Source: a virus (lineage: Duplodnaviria; Heunggongvirae; Uroviricota; Caudoviricetes). Taken from it: a stretch of 64,000 nucleotides of DNA. This document shows positions 31,720 through 42,034 of the stretch, one piece after another. The stretch's first letter is position 1. Each line of letters begins with the position of its first letter. Position numbers and translations under genes: made by a program. The stretch lies in IMG/VR virus record IMGVR_UViG_3300026980_000004; one strand, given 5' to 3'. The notes beneath the pieces were generated by a model. The model worked only from the letters and a program-made list of their open reading frames with translations, did not search any database and had not been told where the DNA came from.

Positions 31720-33312
31720 ATGAAGTTTAAAGATTTATCAGAGAAAGATATTGAATATATTAAATATAGTTATTTAAATAGAGGTGATGTTTCGTGGGAG
31801 AAGATGGCCCATATTTTGGGTGAAAAGTTCTCAGTCACTGAAAGAACTATTCGTAAATGGGTATCAACTAAGCTAAATTTAAAAGAAAAACCAGAAGTAG
31901 AATCTGAACAATTTTTAATTGCAAAAGAAAAGAAATATGATAAAACGAAAAAAAGATTTATCATAACATATGCACAAAATGCAACAAAAGTACACACAAA
32001 ATTTTTTGAAAATATAAAAGCTTATGCGGAATTTATTAATGCGGATATTCATGTTATTGCGGGTAGATATAAAAATCCAACGTCTGTATGGTCAGATAAA
32101 CAAGAAACTGATGAATGGTGGGATAATTCAGTACTACCCTATCTTGATGCAAATAGACATGATATTCATAAGTATGTTTCAATTTTATCTGATGTTAAAA
32201 TTCAACCCACTGCAGTAAATCCAATGACTGGTATGCAGGGTTTATCGGGAATCAACTCATGTATATTTGGTAGTCCAAAGGTACAAATGGAAATGATACC
32301 CGTTTTAGAGGGCAATAAGCCCAAGATGATGTTAACCACTGGTTCTGTTACATTAAAGAATTATACAGACTCTAAGGCAGGTAAAAAGGGTGAATTTCAC
32401 CATACTTTTGGTTTTGCTATTGTAGAAATAAAAGATAATGACACATTTTTTATTAGACAGGTAACTGCCAACGACAGAACAGGTGCATTCACCGATTTAA
32501 TATATCATGTTAACGATGCTGAGGTGAATAAAATCGATAAAATCGAAGGGATTGTGTTGGGTGATATTCATTGTGGTGTACATGATGAAAATGTAATAAA
32601 ACAAACAAAAAAATTCATTTCAAAATATAATCCAAAACATATTGTATTACATGATATTTTTGATGGTAATTCAATAAACCATCATGAAATGAAAGATCCA
32701 TTTATTCAATATAATAAAGAAGTAAATAATAAAAATAATTTAGAAAATGAATTAACAACGATGTTAAAATTTTTAGAAAATTTTCAAGATTATAAAAATG
32801 TTGTTATTGTTAGATCGAATCACGATGATTTTTTAGATAGATGGTTAAAAAATGAAGATTGGAAAAAACAACCAACATATAAAAATTCTTTATTGTATAT
32901 GGATTTAAGCTCTAAATTATTGAAACAATATAGTGGTGATTTAGCAAAGGTAAAGGGTATTATACCTGAATTAATAAATGAAAAATTTCCTAATTATATA
33001 ACATTAGGTAGAAATTCATCGTATAGGATTAAAGGATATGAATGTGGTTTACATGGTGATATTGCAAGTAATGGATCAAGAGGATCTGTAGAGAATTTTA
33101 GAAAATTAAATACAAAAATGATTGTGGGTCATTCACATTCTCCGTCAAGAAAAGATGGGTTTTTATGTGTGGGTACATCGACAAAATTAAGACTCGGTTA
33201 TAATGTAGGACCATCATCATGGTTACAATCACACGTTATTATTCACCAAGATGGTAAAGCACAACACATAAATTTCATAAATGATGAATTTACAACATTT
33301 GATCTTGAATAA
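31720..33312 (+). CDS. HTH plus calcineurin-like metallophosphoesterase
   Basis: N-terminal HTH (FSVTERTIRKW); GDIHCG, HDIFDG, SNHDDFL, HGD, GHSHSP motifs. Confidence 0.75.
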   Translation: MKFKDLSEKDIEYIKYSYLNRGDVSWEKMAHILGEKFSVTERTIRKWVSTKLNLKEKPEVESEQFLIAKEKKYDKTKKRFIITYAQNATKVHTKFFENIKAYAEFINADIHVIAGRYKNPTSVWSDKQETDEWWDNSVLPYLDANRHDIHKYVSILSDVKIQPTAVNPMTGMQGLSGINSCIFGSPKVQMEMIPVLEGNKPKMMLTTGSVTLKNYTDSKAGKKGEFHHTFGFAIVEIKDNDTFFIRQVTANDRTGAFTDLIYHVNDAEVNKIDKIEGIVLGDIHCGVHDENVIKQTKKFISKYNPKHIVLHDIFDGNSINHHEMKDPFIQYNKEVNNKNNLENELTTMLKFLENFQDYKNVVIVRSNHDDFLDRWLKNEDWKKQPTYKNSLLYMDLSSKLLKQYSGDLAKVKGIIPELINEKFPNYITLGRNSSYRIKGYECGLHGDIASNGSRGSVENFRKLNTKMIVGHSHSPSRKDGFLCVGTSTKLRLGYNVGPSSWLQSHVIIHQDGKAQHINFINDEFTTFDLE

Positions 33313-33335
33313 TTATTAAAATAAATAAAAATAAA

Positions 33336-33740
33336 ATGCCTAGAAAAAGTAAAAAACAATTAGAAGAAGAAGCAAAAATGAAAGCAGCAACAGATGAATC
33401 TACAAAAGTAGTGGATGAACCCGTAAAAGAAGAGGGTCAACAAGAAGAACCTGTTGTAGAACAACCAACAGAAGAGGGTGATAATACCGATGATAGACTT
33501 TTAATGGATGTATCTGATTATGGTTCGGATATGAGTGAAGCTGAAACATTTGTAAAAACTGCAGTTATGTTCTACCTCGAAAATAAATCAAAAGTATTTG
33601 TTGAGGAAGATACCGTAAAAAAAGATTCATTTGGTTATGATGAAATTGTGAAGAAGATTGAAGAATTTAAAAAATCCACAAAGTTTAATCAGTATATTCC
33701 AAAGGGTACTGTTGATAAATTTTTAAATTCATTAAAATAA
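33336..33740 (+). CDS. Hypothetical acidic protein
   Basis: 134 aa ORF with A-rich leader. Confidence 0.6.
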   Translation: MPRKSKKQLEEEAKMKAATDESTKVVDEPVKEEGQQEEPVVEQPTEEGDNTDDRLLMDVSDYGSDMSEAETFVKTAVMFYLENKSKVFVEEDTVKKDSFGYDEIVKKIEEFKKSTKFNQYIPKGTVDKFLNSLK

Positions 33741-33741
33741 T

Positions 33742-34200
33742 ATGAGACAAAAAAAAGATATAAATAAACAATCGTTAATAAAATTATTTGAACCAATTTC
33801 AGAATATTTAATTGGAATTGATACAATATTTATAAGTGAGACTGAAACACAATTCGCATATAAATTAGGCGTACCCAAAAATTGGGTAATGAATACAAAT
33901 TTGATTGATATTGAATTAATGGGTGAAACAGATGATTTAATGTTATTAAAGGCAAGTCCCATAAATAATGAAAAAAATAAAGATGAGTTTTATGGATATC
34001 TTGTCAACTTAATTAATAAAAATGTTGTAATCGATAAGAAAAGAATTGAACTTGAGAATAAAATAAACGATCTTAAAAGTAAATTTACTAAAGAACAGGA
34101 TAATTTAATGAATGAATTAAATAAAGAACTAGAAGCTCAAGAATCAAAACAAAATGTAGATTCAACAGATAATATTAAACCTAATGAAGGAGAAAAGTAA
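33742..34200 (+). CDS. Hypothetical protein with C-terminal coiled coil
   Basis: 152 aa ORF in operon. Confidence 0.6.
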   Translation: MRQKKDINKQSLIKLFEPISEYLIGIDTIFISETETQFAYKLGVPKNWVMNTNLIDIELMGETDDLMLLKASPINNEKNKDEFYGYLVNLINKNVVIDKKRIELENKINDLKSKFTKEQDNLMNELNKELEAQESKQNVDSTDNIKPNEGEK

Positions 34201-34411
34201 GTTATTTGAAAATATAAAGAATTTAGAAAATGAATTAGAATCGTTTAATAACGATATCGAAGATACTAATATTGAAAATCAATTATCAAAAAAAAAGATA
34301 ATTGAAGAGATTAAATCTGGTGAATTCGATAATATGTTGAATGAAATTCAAGAACGAAAAAATAATAAGAAAAAAGAATCATTATTAGAAAAATTATTTA
34401 AAATATTTTAA
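34184..34411 (+). CDS. Hypothetical protein
   Basis: 75 aa ORF overlapping the previous stop region. Confidence 0.55.
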   Translation: MKEKSKLFENIKNLENELESFNNDIEDTNIENQLSKKKIIEEIKSGEFDNMLNEIQERKNNKKKESLLEKLFKIF

Positions 34412-34412
34412 A

Positions 34413-34640
34413 ATGAAAATTGAAGTAGATACAAAAAATAGAACAATCAAACTCTTGGAAGATATTCCATTTAGTGAATTGGCTGAATTTATGTCAACAA
34501 TCAAAAAATCGGAAGAATATACGATTGTTAAATCCTTTGAATATTACCCATATTATTACCCATATTACCCAACAACTGGTATAACATACACTAGTAGTAG
34601 TACTGGGGGTTCTTTTTCGGTTAGTAATAACAATGATTAA
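34413..34640 (+). CDS. Hypothetical protein
   Basis: 75 aa; YPYYYPYYP low-complexity tail common in small phage proteins. Confidence 0.55.
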   Translation: MKIEVDTKNRTIKLLEDIPFSELAEFMSTIKKSEEYTIVKSFEYYPYYYPYYPTTGITYTSSSTGGSFSVSNNND

Positions 34641-34927
34641 TCAGTAGAAGGGGGGTTTGAAACACTCCCTTTTTTGTTTACACTACTATAATCACGATTA
34701 GGGCTGAAATTTTTAAAACCTAATAATGTTAATATAAAGAACATTAATTCACCAACCATAAAATGATCGATTTCTTTATTAACGATCATTATATATATTG
34801 CAATTAATATAATAAAAATCAATAATATAAATGATATTAATGCAATAGTCTTGGTTATACTATATTTTTCAGAATCCTTATCTCTAAGAATATCTGTCAT
34901 AAATTTACTAGTTAATAATCGATACAT
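34637..34927 (-). CDS. Two-TM membrane protein (holin-like)
   Basis: Two hydrophobic segments; own CTATTTATA motif on the minus strand (34941-34949). Confidence 0.5.
   Translation of the reverse strand: MYRLLTSKFMTDILRDKDSEKYSITKTIALISFILLIFIILIAIYIMIVNKEIDHFMVGELMFFILTLLGFKNFSPNRDYSSVNKKGSVSNPPSTD
34648..34675 (+). terminator. Intrinsic terminator
   Basis: AAGGGGGGTT-TGA-AACACTCCCTT hairpin followed by a T tract, at convergent gene ends. Confidence 0.6.
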
Positions 34928-34976
34928 TGCATTTTTTATATATAAATAGTAAATTTGTAGAATAATAAAAAAAATT

Positions 34977-35603
34977 ATGGGAAGAAAGAAAATATATAAT
35001 ATTGATAGAGAAACATATAATGTTGATAATAATTATTATTATGATAATGAATATGAGAAATCATTAATAATATTAGGTTCAACAAATAGACAAAATAATA
35101 ATCATATTATAAGAGAATTAAATAAAAACGATAAAAATAAAAAAACACTAAATACATATACAATTACAAGAGAGGGTATAATATATGAACATTATAATCC
35201 AATATACTATAGTAATTTCATAGGTGATCATTTAATTGATAAAAGATCTGTTTCTATTTTGTTAGAAAATATGGGTCATTTATATTATGATGATGATACA
35301 GATATATATTTTAATGATTTAAATGAAATATACAATCAAAACGATAATATATTTAAAAAAGAATGGAGGGGTTATGAATATTATGAACCATATACAAAAG
35401 AGCAATATGGGGCTGTTGTTTATTTATGTCGAATATTATGTTTAGAATTAAACATAAATGACGATAGCATTGGTCATAATGCATATGATGATATTACAAA
35501 AACATATAATGGAATTGTTAGCAGATCAAACTTCGATGTAAATTTAACAGATTTAAACCCATCTTTTGATTTTAAGAAATTTTTGAAAGATTTGAAAAAA
35601 TAG
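34977..35603 (+). CDS. N-acetylmuramoyl-L-alanine amidase-like protein (possibly inactive)
   Basis: YTITREGIIYEH, SVSILLEN.G, YTKEQY.AV..LC and TDLNPSFDF follow the Amidase_2 pattern. Confidence 0.55.
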   Translation: MGRKKIYNIDRETYNVDNNYYYDNEYEKSLIILGSTNRQNNNHIIRELNKNDKNKKTLNTYTITREGIIYEHYNPIYYSNFIGDHLIDKRSVSILLENMGHLYYDDDTDIYFNDLNEIYNQNDNIFKKEWRGYEYYEPYTKEQYGAVVYLCRILCLELNINDDSIGHNAYDDITKTYNGIVSRSNFDVNLTDLNPSFDFKKFLKDLKK

Positions 35604-35630
35604 GATAGTATTTATATTAAAATAAATATT

Positions 35631-36062
35631 ATGAATATGCATGATATGCGAAATTTGTTGGGTATTATGAGAAATACAAGGATTCTCATAAATGAAGAAG
35701 AAGAGGAATCTGAAGATAATAAAACACTCCAAACAAATTTAAATGATCAAGATAAGGAATCGATACTTGAATCGATTAATTCTATTAAAACATATAGAAT
35801 TTTTGTTAATAATATCAATATGGATGATAATAAGATAATTATTAATGGTACATACACACATGATAATTATGATTATTCCATATACATGATATTTGATTCA
35901 GGAAATAGAGACTCATCAACATTAGATATTCAATTACCAGAACAGAGCAAAAGAGTATTAGATGCTAATAACCAAACAACAATATATGGTTTCTGTGATC
36001 AGGTATATAATCTATTTGCTAACGAGCTATTTGATAAATGTAGTTCAATCTTACAAAACTAA
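35631..36062 (+). CDS. Hypothetical (putative head-internal) protein
   Basis: N-terminal MRNLL...LINEEEE motif; upstream GTATTTATA. Confidence 0.55.
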   Translation: MNMHDMRNLLGIMRNTRILINEEEEESEDNKTLQTNLNDQDKESILESINSIKTYRIFVNNINMDDNKIIINGTYTHDNYDYSIYMIFDSGNRDSSTLDIQLPEQSKRVLDANNQTTIYGFCDQVYNLFANELFDKCSSILQN

Positions 36063-36066
36063 TAAA

Positions 36067-36264
36067 ATGACAAAAACCGAAATCAAAGATATTGTAAATA
36101 GTGAAGTAAAAAAAGTTCTTAAAGATATTTTGAAGGATGAAGTTTTAAAACTTTATAAAAAGAAAGAGAATAAAGATATATTTAAGGATGTTATAAGAGA
36201 AGCTATGATTAATTTTTATCGTTTTCTTTGGGCACAAAGAACACAATGGGAAAATAAATTATAA
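36067..36264 (+). CDS. Hypothetical protein
   Basis: ATG at 36067 (MTKTEIKDIV...) after the previous stop, preferred over the longer track ORF. Confidence 0.55.
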   Translation: MTKTEIKDIVNSEVKKVLKDILKDEVLKLYKKKENKDIFKDVIREAMINFYRFLWAQRTQWENKL

Positions 36265-36265
36265 T

Positions 36266-37756
36266 ATGAAAACTGAAAAAAATAAACCATCAAAAAAAGA
36301 TGATCTAATTCTAGATTACTATTACCGTAATAGGTTGAATATAAACGAAAAAGACGGTGATACAAAATTAAAGGATGATGCGTTAAAATCCAAAAGGGAT
36401 ATATGGTCATTAAATAAGATGGAAAATCTTGTTAGAAATGATGAAACATTAACAAATGAATATAATAGAATGGCTGTTGATGGACCATTTAAATTTGGTT
36501 ACCATTGGAATGAGGTTATTATGAATATTTTGTTTAATGAATATGTTTTGGCTGATAATAAATATATGACAAAATATAAAAATACTATTGAAGTCCCTAA
36601 AAAAAGAAGAGGTAATCCAGACGGTAAAATAGACGATAGTGATTTTGTTGATTATGACAAAAGAACTAAACATAAAAAATCATATAAAAAGAAAGAAGAT
36701 AAAATGAAAGATAATAAAAAAGTTGTAAAAAAGAAACCAAAAAAAGTTGAAACTAAAGAAAAAAATATTGAAGAAACAACAACTACGGGTAGTGCTGGTG
36801 GTGCTGCAGGATATGTTGGATATTTAACACCACATGCATTTGCTAAAAATCCAGAAAGTTCAAGATTTTCTAAAAAGGTTCCTTATATGCCTGATGGTAG
36901 TGTGATTGTCGAATCTGAAAATTATCTAACAAATTCTAGTTTGTTTGAGAGTATTGTAATGGAACTGGAAGAAGAAAAAAGACATTCTGCAATGATATTA
37001 AAAGATAGATTATCAAAAGAGAATGAAAAGAATTTTTACAATGATTTAAAAGTTAATAAAGAAATATCTGATGCAGTTAAAGATGCGGTAAAAAAAGATA
37101 AGGAAGATAAAATCAAATCATCTCAAGATATCGAGAAGGAACAAATGAAAGATGAGTTTAAGCCCGTTAAATTTGATCAAAAAGAAGATTTTGATTCCGA
37201 ATATGATGATATACCAAAGGGTATGGAAGATTTGGATTATGATATCGAACCATCCGAAAAATATAAGGAAAGAGTTAAAAATGAAATGGGTGAGGATATT
37301 TATGATAAGGGTCGTGAAAGAATTGAGAAAAGAAAGAATCAATCATTATATAATAAAGATACACAACCGACAGAAACCGAATCTAAATATAAAGAGAAAT
37401 TTGATGAATCATATATGGTATCGGGTAAATATATTAATAAATTAAATAAGAGTACATTTGTTAATTTTAGATTAAATGAGAGTACTCAAGTTGAGGATAT
37501 TACAAATAATTTAGTAATAATCAGAATGGATGGTATTGGTAATACATATACCAATAAAGTAGAATTAAATGAATCAGTTACCGATATTATGGATAACTAT
37601 GAATTCTATTATGATTTGGATACTGGTAATATTTATCATTGTATTAAAAATAGTAACCTTAATGAAGGATTGGATTTATCGAAATTCAAACATTTATCTG
37701 GTTATGATAGTAAAAAATATTTATCAAAAGGAAAAAATATTAAATATAAATTTTAA
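36266..37756 (+). CDS. Charged putative head-internal protein
   Basis: 496 aa K/E/D-rich; multiple [LI]-x-E sites (IEETTT, IVESE, LNEST, LNESV, LNEGL). Confidence 0.5.
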   Translation: MKTEKNKPSKKDDLILDYYYRNRLNINEKDGDTKLKDDALKSKRDIWSLNKMENLVRNDETLTNEYNRMAVDGPFKFGYHWNEVIMNILFNEYVLADNKYMTKYKNTIEVPKKRRGNPDGKIDDSDFVDYDKRTKHKKSYKKKEDKMKDNKKVVKKKPKKVETKEKNIEETTTTGSAGGAAGYVGYLTPHAFAKNPESSRFSKKVPYMPDGSVIVESENYLTNSSLFESIVMELEEEKRHSAMILKDRLSKENEKNFYNDLKVNKEISDAVKDAVKKDKEDKIKSSQDIEKEQMKDEFKPVKFDQKEDFDSEYDDIPKGMEDLDYDIEPSEKYKERVKNEMGEDIYDKGRERIEKRKNQSLYNKDTQPTETESKYKEKFDESYMVSGKYINKLNKSTFVNFRLNESTQVEDITNNLVIIRMDGIGNTYTNKVELNESVTDIMDNYEFYYDLDTGNIYHCIKNSNLNEGLDLSKFKHLSGYDSKKYLSKGKNIKYKF

Positions 37757-37802
37757 TATTTAAAATAATATAATTATATTTGTAATATTAAATAACAAAA
37801 CA

Positions 37803-38291
37803 ATGTCAGATTTAAATCAAAAGAATTATAATAAACTTTTTGTAAATATTACTGAAAATCTTAAAAGTCACGAAATTGTGAAGGAATATAAAAACAACAA
37901 TATTAATAAAATAAGATTAGAAACCTATAGAGATTTTATTATTAGTCTATGTAATAATATTGGTGATACGTTTTTGGGTCATGAATATATCAAAACCAGA
38001 AAGAATAAAAGAGATCATTTTAAATGGGCATTTAATAAAGTTTGTGATGACTTTATTGAGGAAGGTTTAAATTTTAAAGATAATTATGAACTGTTTGATT
38101 ATTTCTTTGAATATTTTCTCGCAACCTTTTATGATAATGATATTGATGATATTGACTTCTTGATTGATTATTGGGAAGAAACATTAGAATATTCATTAGA
38201 CAAAACAAGATCGGATATCGAAGGAATGATTGAAGTATATAAGATTTTTGATATTTCAATCAATAATAAATTAAATTTAGAAACAATCTAA
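37803..38291 (+). CDS. Hypothetical protein
   Basis: 162 aa ORF, TATATTTG motif upstream. Confidence 0.6.
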   Translation: MSDLNQKNYNKLFVNITENLKSHEIVKEYKNNNINKIRLETYRDFIISLCNNIGDTFLGHEYIKTRKNKRDHFKWAFNKVCDDFIEEGLNFKDNYELFDYFFEYFLATFYDNDIDDIDFLIDYWEETLEYSLDKTRSDIEGMIEVYKIFDISINNKLNLETI

Positions 38292-38296
38292 AAGTA

Positions 38297-38515
38297 ATGG
38301 GATTATTTAACGGAATTTTATTTTTTTTATTCTTTTTATCCATAACATTTATCATATATATGTTGGGTAGATTTACTTATTTATTAATTGGGTTAAAGAA
38401 TGATTTTATAAAAAATAAGGATTTCATAGATATTAAGAATCAATTATTCAATAGAGATAATTTGATGATTTTGTGGTTTTCTGTTTCATATTTTTTGTTT
38501 TTCTTATTTTTATGA
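38297..38515 (+). CDS. Small two-TM membrane protein
   Basis: Two hydrophobic segments. Confidence 0.55.
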   Translation: MGLFNGILFFLFFLSITFIIYMLGRFTYLLIGLKNDFIKNKDFIDIKNQLFNRDNLMILWFSVSYFLFFLFL

Positions 38516-38546
38516 TATAAATTTGTGCCAAGTAAAAAAAATTGGC

Positions 38547-39287
38547 ATGTTATCAAAGAAAGAACTAAAAAGTCTATTATTTATAGACATTGAAACTATT
38601 ACAGAATTTGAATTCTTTAGCGAATTTGAGGAATCTAGACCAGAACTAAGTAAACTTTTTATCGATAAAATGATAAAAAAGAATAATTTAGATTCTAATT
38701 ACACACCAGATGATCTTCAAATTTGCTATAGAAATAATGCATCATTATACCCAGAATTTTCAAAAATCATTACAATATCATATGGTATGGTTAAAATTGA
38801 TGATGATTCAAAAGGATATAATAAGATTATTAAAAACATAACAGATACGAATGAGGTTAATATTTTAGCAAGATTTGCAAATGTTTTAAATAAAATATAT
38901 GAATCAAATTCCAACCTTAAACTGTGTGGACATAATATAGAAGGTTTTGATATTCCTTTTTTAATTAAAAGATATATCATCAATTTATTGGAGTTACCGA
39001 AAATTTTACATATTTTTAATTTAAAACCTTGGGAGAGTCCAATTGTTGATACTATGAAAATTTGGAGATTTGGATCGTTTGAACCAACATCTTTGGATAT
39101 TCTGTGTAATGTATTGAACATTGAATCACCAAAATCTGTTGAGGTTAATAATAAAATTATATCAAATATTTATTATAATGATAACGAAAATGGGTTAGAT
39201 ATAATTTCGGAATATTGTACTAAAGATGTTGATGTACTTATCGATATTTTACATCGTTTTCTAATCTCACATGGCACTCATTATTAA
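38547..39287 (+). CDS. DEDD 3'-5' exonuclease (PolB-exonuclease-related)
   Basis: LFIDIET, GHNIEGFDIPFL, EYCTKDV; ATG 38547 preferred over TTG 38523. Confidence 0.8.
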   Translation: MLSKKELKSLLFIDIETITEFEFFSEFEESRPELSKLFIDKMIKKNNLDSNYTPDDLQICYRNNASLYPEFSKIITISYGMVKIDDDSKGYNKIIKNITDTNEVNILARFANVLNKIYESNSNLKLCGHNIEGFDIPFLIKRYIINLLELPKILHIFNLKPWESPIVDTMKIWRFGSFEPTSLDILCNVLNIESPKSVEVNNKIISNIYYNDNENGLDIISEYCTKDVDVLIDILHRFLISHGTHY

Positions 39288-39297
39288 ATAAATAATT

Positions 39298-40269
39298 ATG
39301 GCATATGGCTTTTTAAAAGATTTACTTAATACTGCATTTGGTGGTATTAAAAATAAAAACAATAGTGAACAGATACAAGTAAACTGTCCACATTGTGCTA
39401 AATTATATAATAATTATGAACCAGATGAGAAATATAATTTAGAGATAAATCTTAAAAAAAGAGTATATAAGTGCTGGAAATGTGAGATATCTGGTCCGAT
39501 ACCAAAACTATTAAAGTATTATTCAACAAAGTCAATATATAATACATATATTGATAATTACGATGGAATTGATTATAGGATTTTAAATCCAGAGAATGCT
39601 GAGGATGATGAGATACATAAAGAAATAATATTACCCAAAGAATTTATTAAATTTAGTGAAATTGATAAAGATTTACCATCACATAATGAAGCATATAATT
39701 ATATAACATATATAAGAGGTTTTGATATTAATCTTATAAATAAATTAAATATTGGTTTTTGTGTTGATGGTTTTTATAAAAATAGGATAATAATACCATC
39801 ATATGATAATAATAAAAAATTAAATTATTTCATCGCTAGAACTTATATTAATGACAAAATAACATATAGAAAACCTAAGACCACTCAAAATATCATATTT
39901 AATGAATATAACATTGATTGGTCGTCAACGGTATATGTTGTTGAGGGTGTTTTTGATTACATGTCAATACCATTTAATACATTATGTTTATTGGGAAAAG
40001 AATTCATTCCATATGTTTTTGAAAAAATTATAATGTATAAACCACAGTTGGTTTTTATATTAGATTCTGATGCAATAAAACAAACGATAAAATATATTAA
40101 TATTTTTGAAAATTTATCATTAAAAAACATTAAATTTGTGGAATTACCACCAAAGACAGATATCGATGAACTAAGAAAAAAAATTGGTTCAGATAAATTA
40201 CCTGAATACATATTAAATAATATAAAATATTTAACAGATAACGAGATTATAAAATATCAAAGCTTATGA
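39298..40269 (+). CDS. DNA primase-like protein (Zn finger plus TOPRIM)
   Basis: CPHC...CWKC; RIIIPSYD; YVVEGVFD; ILDSDA. Confidence 0.75.
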   Translation: MAYGFLKDLLNTAFGGIKNKNNSEQIQVNCPHCAKLYNNYEPDEKYNLEINLKKRVYKCWKCEISGPIPKLLKYYSTKSIYNTYIDNYDGIDYRILNPENAEDDEIHKEIILPKEFIKFSEIDKDLPSHNEAYNYITYIRGFDINLINKLNIGFCVDGFYKNRIIIPSYDNNKKLNYFIARTYINDKITYRKPKTTQNIIFNEYNIDWSSTVYVVEGVFDYMSIPFNTLCLLGKEFIPYVFEKIIMYKPQLVFILDSDAIKQTIKYINIFENLSLKNIKFVELPPKTDIDELRKKIGSDKLPEYILNNIKYLTDNEIIKYQSL

Positions 40270-41030
40270 ATATAAACAATAAAATAATAACAATATTAGT
40301 AGTATTCTCAGTAATAACAACGATTTTATTTATAATTGAAAATACAAAATCAAATAATTTAAAGAAAGACAATGAAATTCTATCCTTAGAATTGAATAAA
40401 ATCGATAATAAATTACAAACATTTGTAGATGAAAATGGTTTTTATAGAGCAAAAGCCGAATCAGCAGAGAGTGATTTAAAAACATTAAAAGTTGTATATG
40501 AAAATGAATTAGATAGGCTAACACAAGAATTTTCAAATATTAATAAAAATTATAAAAACTTAAATGGATTATATAGAACATCTTTAACAACGATTGGTGA
40601 ATTAAGATTGAAATTAGATTCTGTTAATTCAACTAATGATACAACATATAACAATGACGGAACAATTAACAATGTAAGGATTAGTAGAAATTTTGGTTAT
40701 AATGATGATTGGATTGATGTTAATGGTAAATATGTTTTTAATACTGTAGATTCAAATAATGATGATATTTATTTTAATTATAATGTAAAAGATTCACTAA
40801 CATTAGTCTCATATTATAAAAGAGATAATTTATTCGGTAAACGATATCTATATGTTGAGGGTATTTCACATAATCCTAATACAAAAATTGTTAATCTGAG
40901 TGAAATAAAAATATCTAATCATAAAGAACCAAAAATCTCAATAGGTTTTCAAGGTGGTTATGGTTTAACAGAAAATGGATTTGGTTGGTATGTTGGTGTA
41001 GGGATTAGTAATAAAATTTCAATTTGGTAA
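40266..41030 (+). CDS. Membrane-anchored coiled-coil protein with beta-strand C-terminus (spanin-like)
   Basis: N-terminal TM, coiled coil, terminal ISIGFQGGYGL...GWYVGVGISNKISIW. Confidence 0.4.
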   Translation: MNINNKIITILVVFSVITTILFIIENTKSNNLKKDNEILSLELNKIDNKLQTFVDENGFYRAKAESAESDLKTLKVVYENELDRLTQEFSNINKNYKNLNGLYRTSLTTIGELRLKLDSVNSTNDTTYNNDGTINNVRISRNFGYNDDWIDVNGKYVFNTVDSNNDDIYFNYNVKDSLTLVSYYKRDNLFGKRYLYVEGISHNPNTKIVNLSEIKISNHKEPKISIGFQGGYGLTENGFGWYVGVGISNKISIW

Positions 41031-41042
41031 AAATAATAAAAT

Positions 41043-41711
41043 ATGATTAATAAAATTGCACATACGGCAGATTGGCATATTAGAATGTCAACAAATAGAC
41101 ATGAAGAATATAAACATGTTTTTGATAATTTTATAAATGATTTGAAAATTACTAAGCCAGATTTAATTGTGGTATCTGGTGATTTATTTCATGATAAATT
41201 AAATACATCAAATGAAATGTATGTATTGGCAAAAGATATTATGTATAAAATTACACAAATCGCACCAATTGTATTGATCAGGGGTAATCATGATTTAAAT
41301 ATTAAAAATAGAAAAAGATTGGATTCTGTTGAGACTCTTGTTAAAATATGTGATGATACTGTAAATAATATTACATATTACAACAAATCTGGTTTTTATT
41401 TTTATGATGAAAATATTATTTTTGTTGTACATGATCATATTGATGGTATTAATCCTTGGAATGAAATTAACAAAAAGAAAAGATCGTCTGGGTTTTATTC
41501 TAAAGAGATTGATGAACAATTTAATAATGGTGAGAATTTCGAATCATTAGAGAAAAAAGGACATACCTTTATTAACCTTTTTCATGACCCTATTAGCGGT
41601 TCTGTAACGGATACTGGCGAAGTATTGGATTCGCCAAGATATCGCAAATTAGGGGACTTTAAAGGTCATATATTAATGCTTGGGGATATACATAAATATC
41701 AAGAATTTTAA
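41043..41711 (+). CDS. sbcD: SbcD/Mre11-like nuclease, N-terminal part
   Basis: ADWHI, SGDLFH, RGNHD, FHDP and GDIH motifs; stops five residues after GDIH. Confidence 0.8.
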   Translation: MINKIAHTADWHIRMSTNRHEEYKHVFDNFINDLKITKPDLIVVSGDLFHDKLNTSNEMYVLAKDIMYKITQIAPIVLIRGNHDLNIKNRKRLDSVETLVKICDDTVNNITYYNKSGFYFYDENIIFVVHDHIDGINPWNEINKKKRSSGFYSKEIDEQFNNGENFESLEKKGHTFINLFHDPISGSVTDTGEVLDSPRYRKLGDFKGHILMLGDIHKYQEF

Positions 41712-41723
41712 AATAATAATAAT

Positions 41724-42032
41724 ATGGAACAAGTTGAATTTATTAAACAAATTGAAGAAAAAAGAAAACAGATTGATGATTTAAAAAAAGATATTAAAAA
41801 TTTAGAAAATGAATACGGTAAAATTAATAGTAAATTTAAAAAGGATGACATTGTAACTTCACATCTTTTTAAAAATGATAATATAACAATAAAATGTACT
41901 GGTGAATATCAATACACGTATTACGATAATTCAATTGTTGTTGTATTACTTGTAATACAATCAGATAATACAAAATATCCAGTCGGACAAAATTTTGCAA
42001 TTTCTGAAAAATATTTAACTAAATCTAAATAA
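41724..42032 (+). CDS. Hypothetical protein inserted between the two SbcD parts
   Basis: 102 aa ORF filling the gap. Confidence 0.6.
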   Translation: MEQVEFIKQIEEKRKQIDDLKKDIKNLENEYGKINSKFKKDDIVTSHLFKNDNITIKCTGEYQYTYYDNSIVVVLLVIQSDNTKYPVGQNFAISEKYLTKSK

Positions 42033-42034
42033 AT

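Noticed and set aside
41712-42034. Group I/II intron interrupting sbcD
   Set aside because: The interval is almost wholly one AT-rich ORF with no room for, or sign of, ribozyme core elements and no homing-endonuclease motif; splicing is not formally excluded
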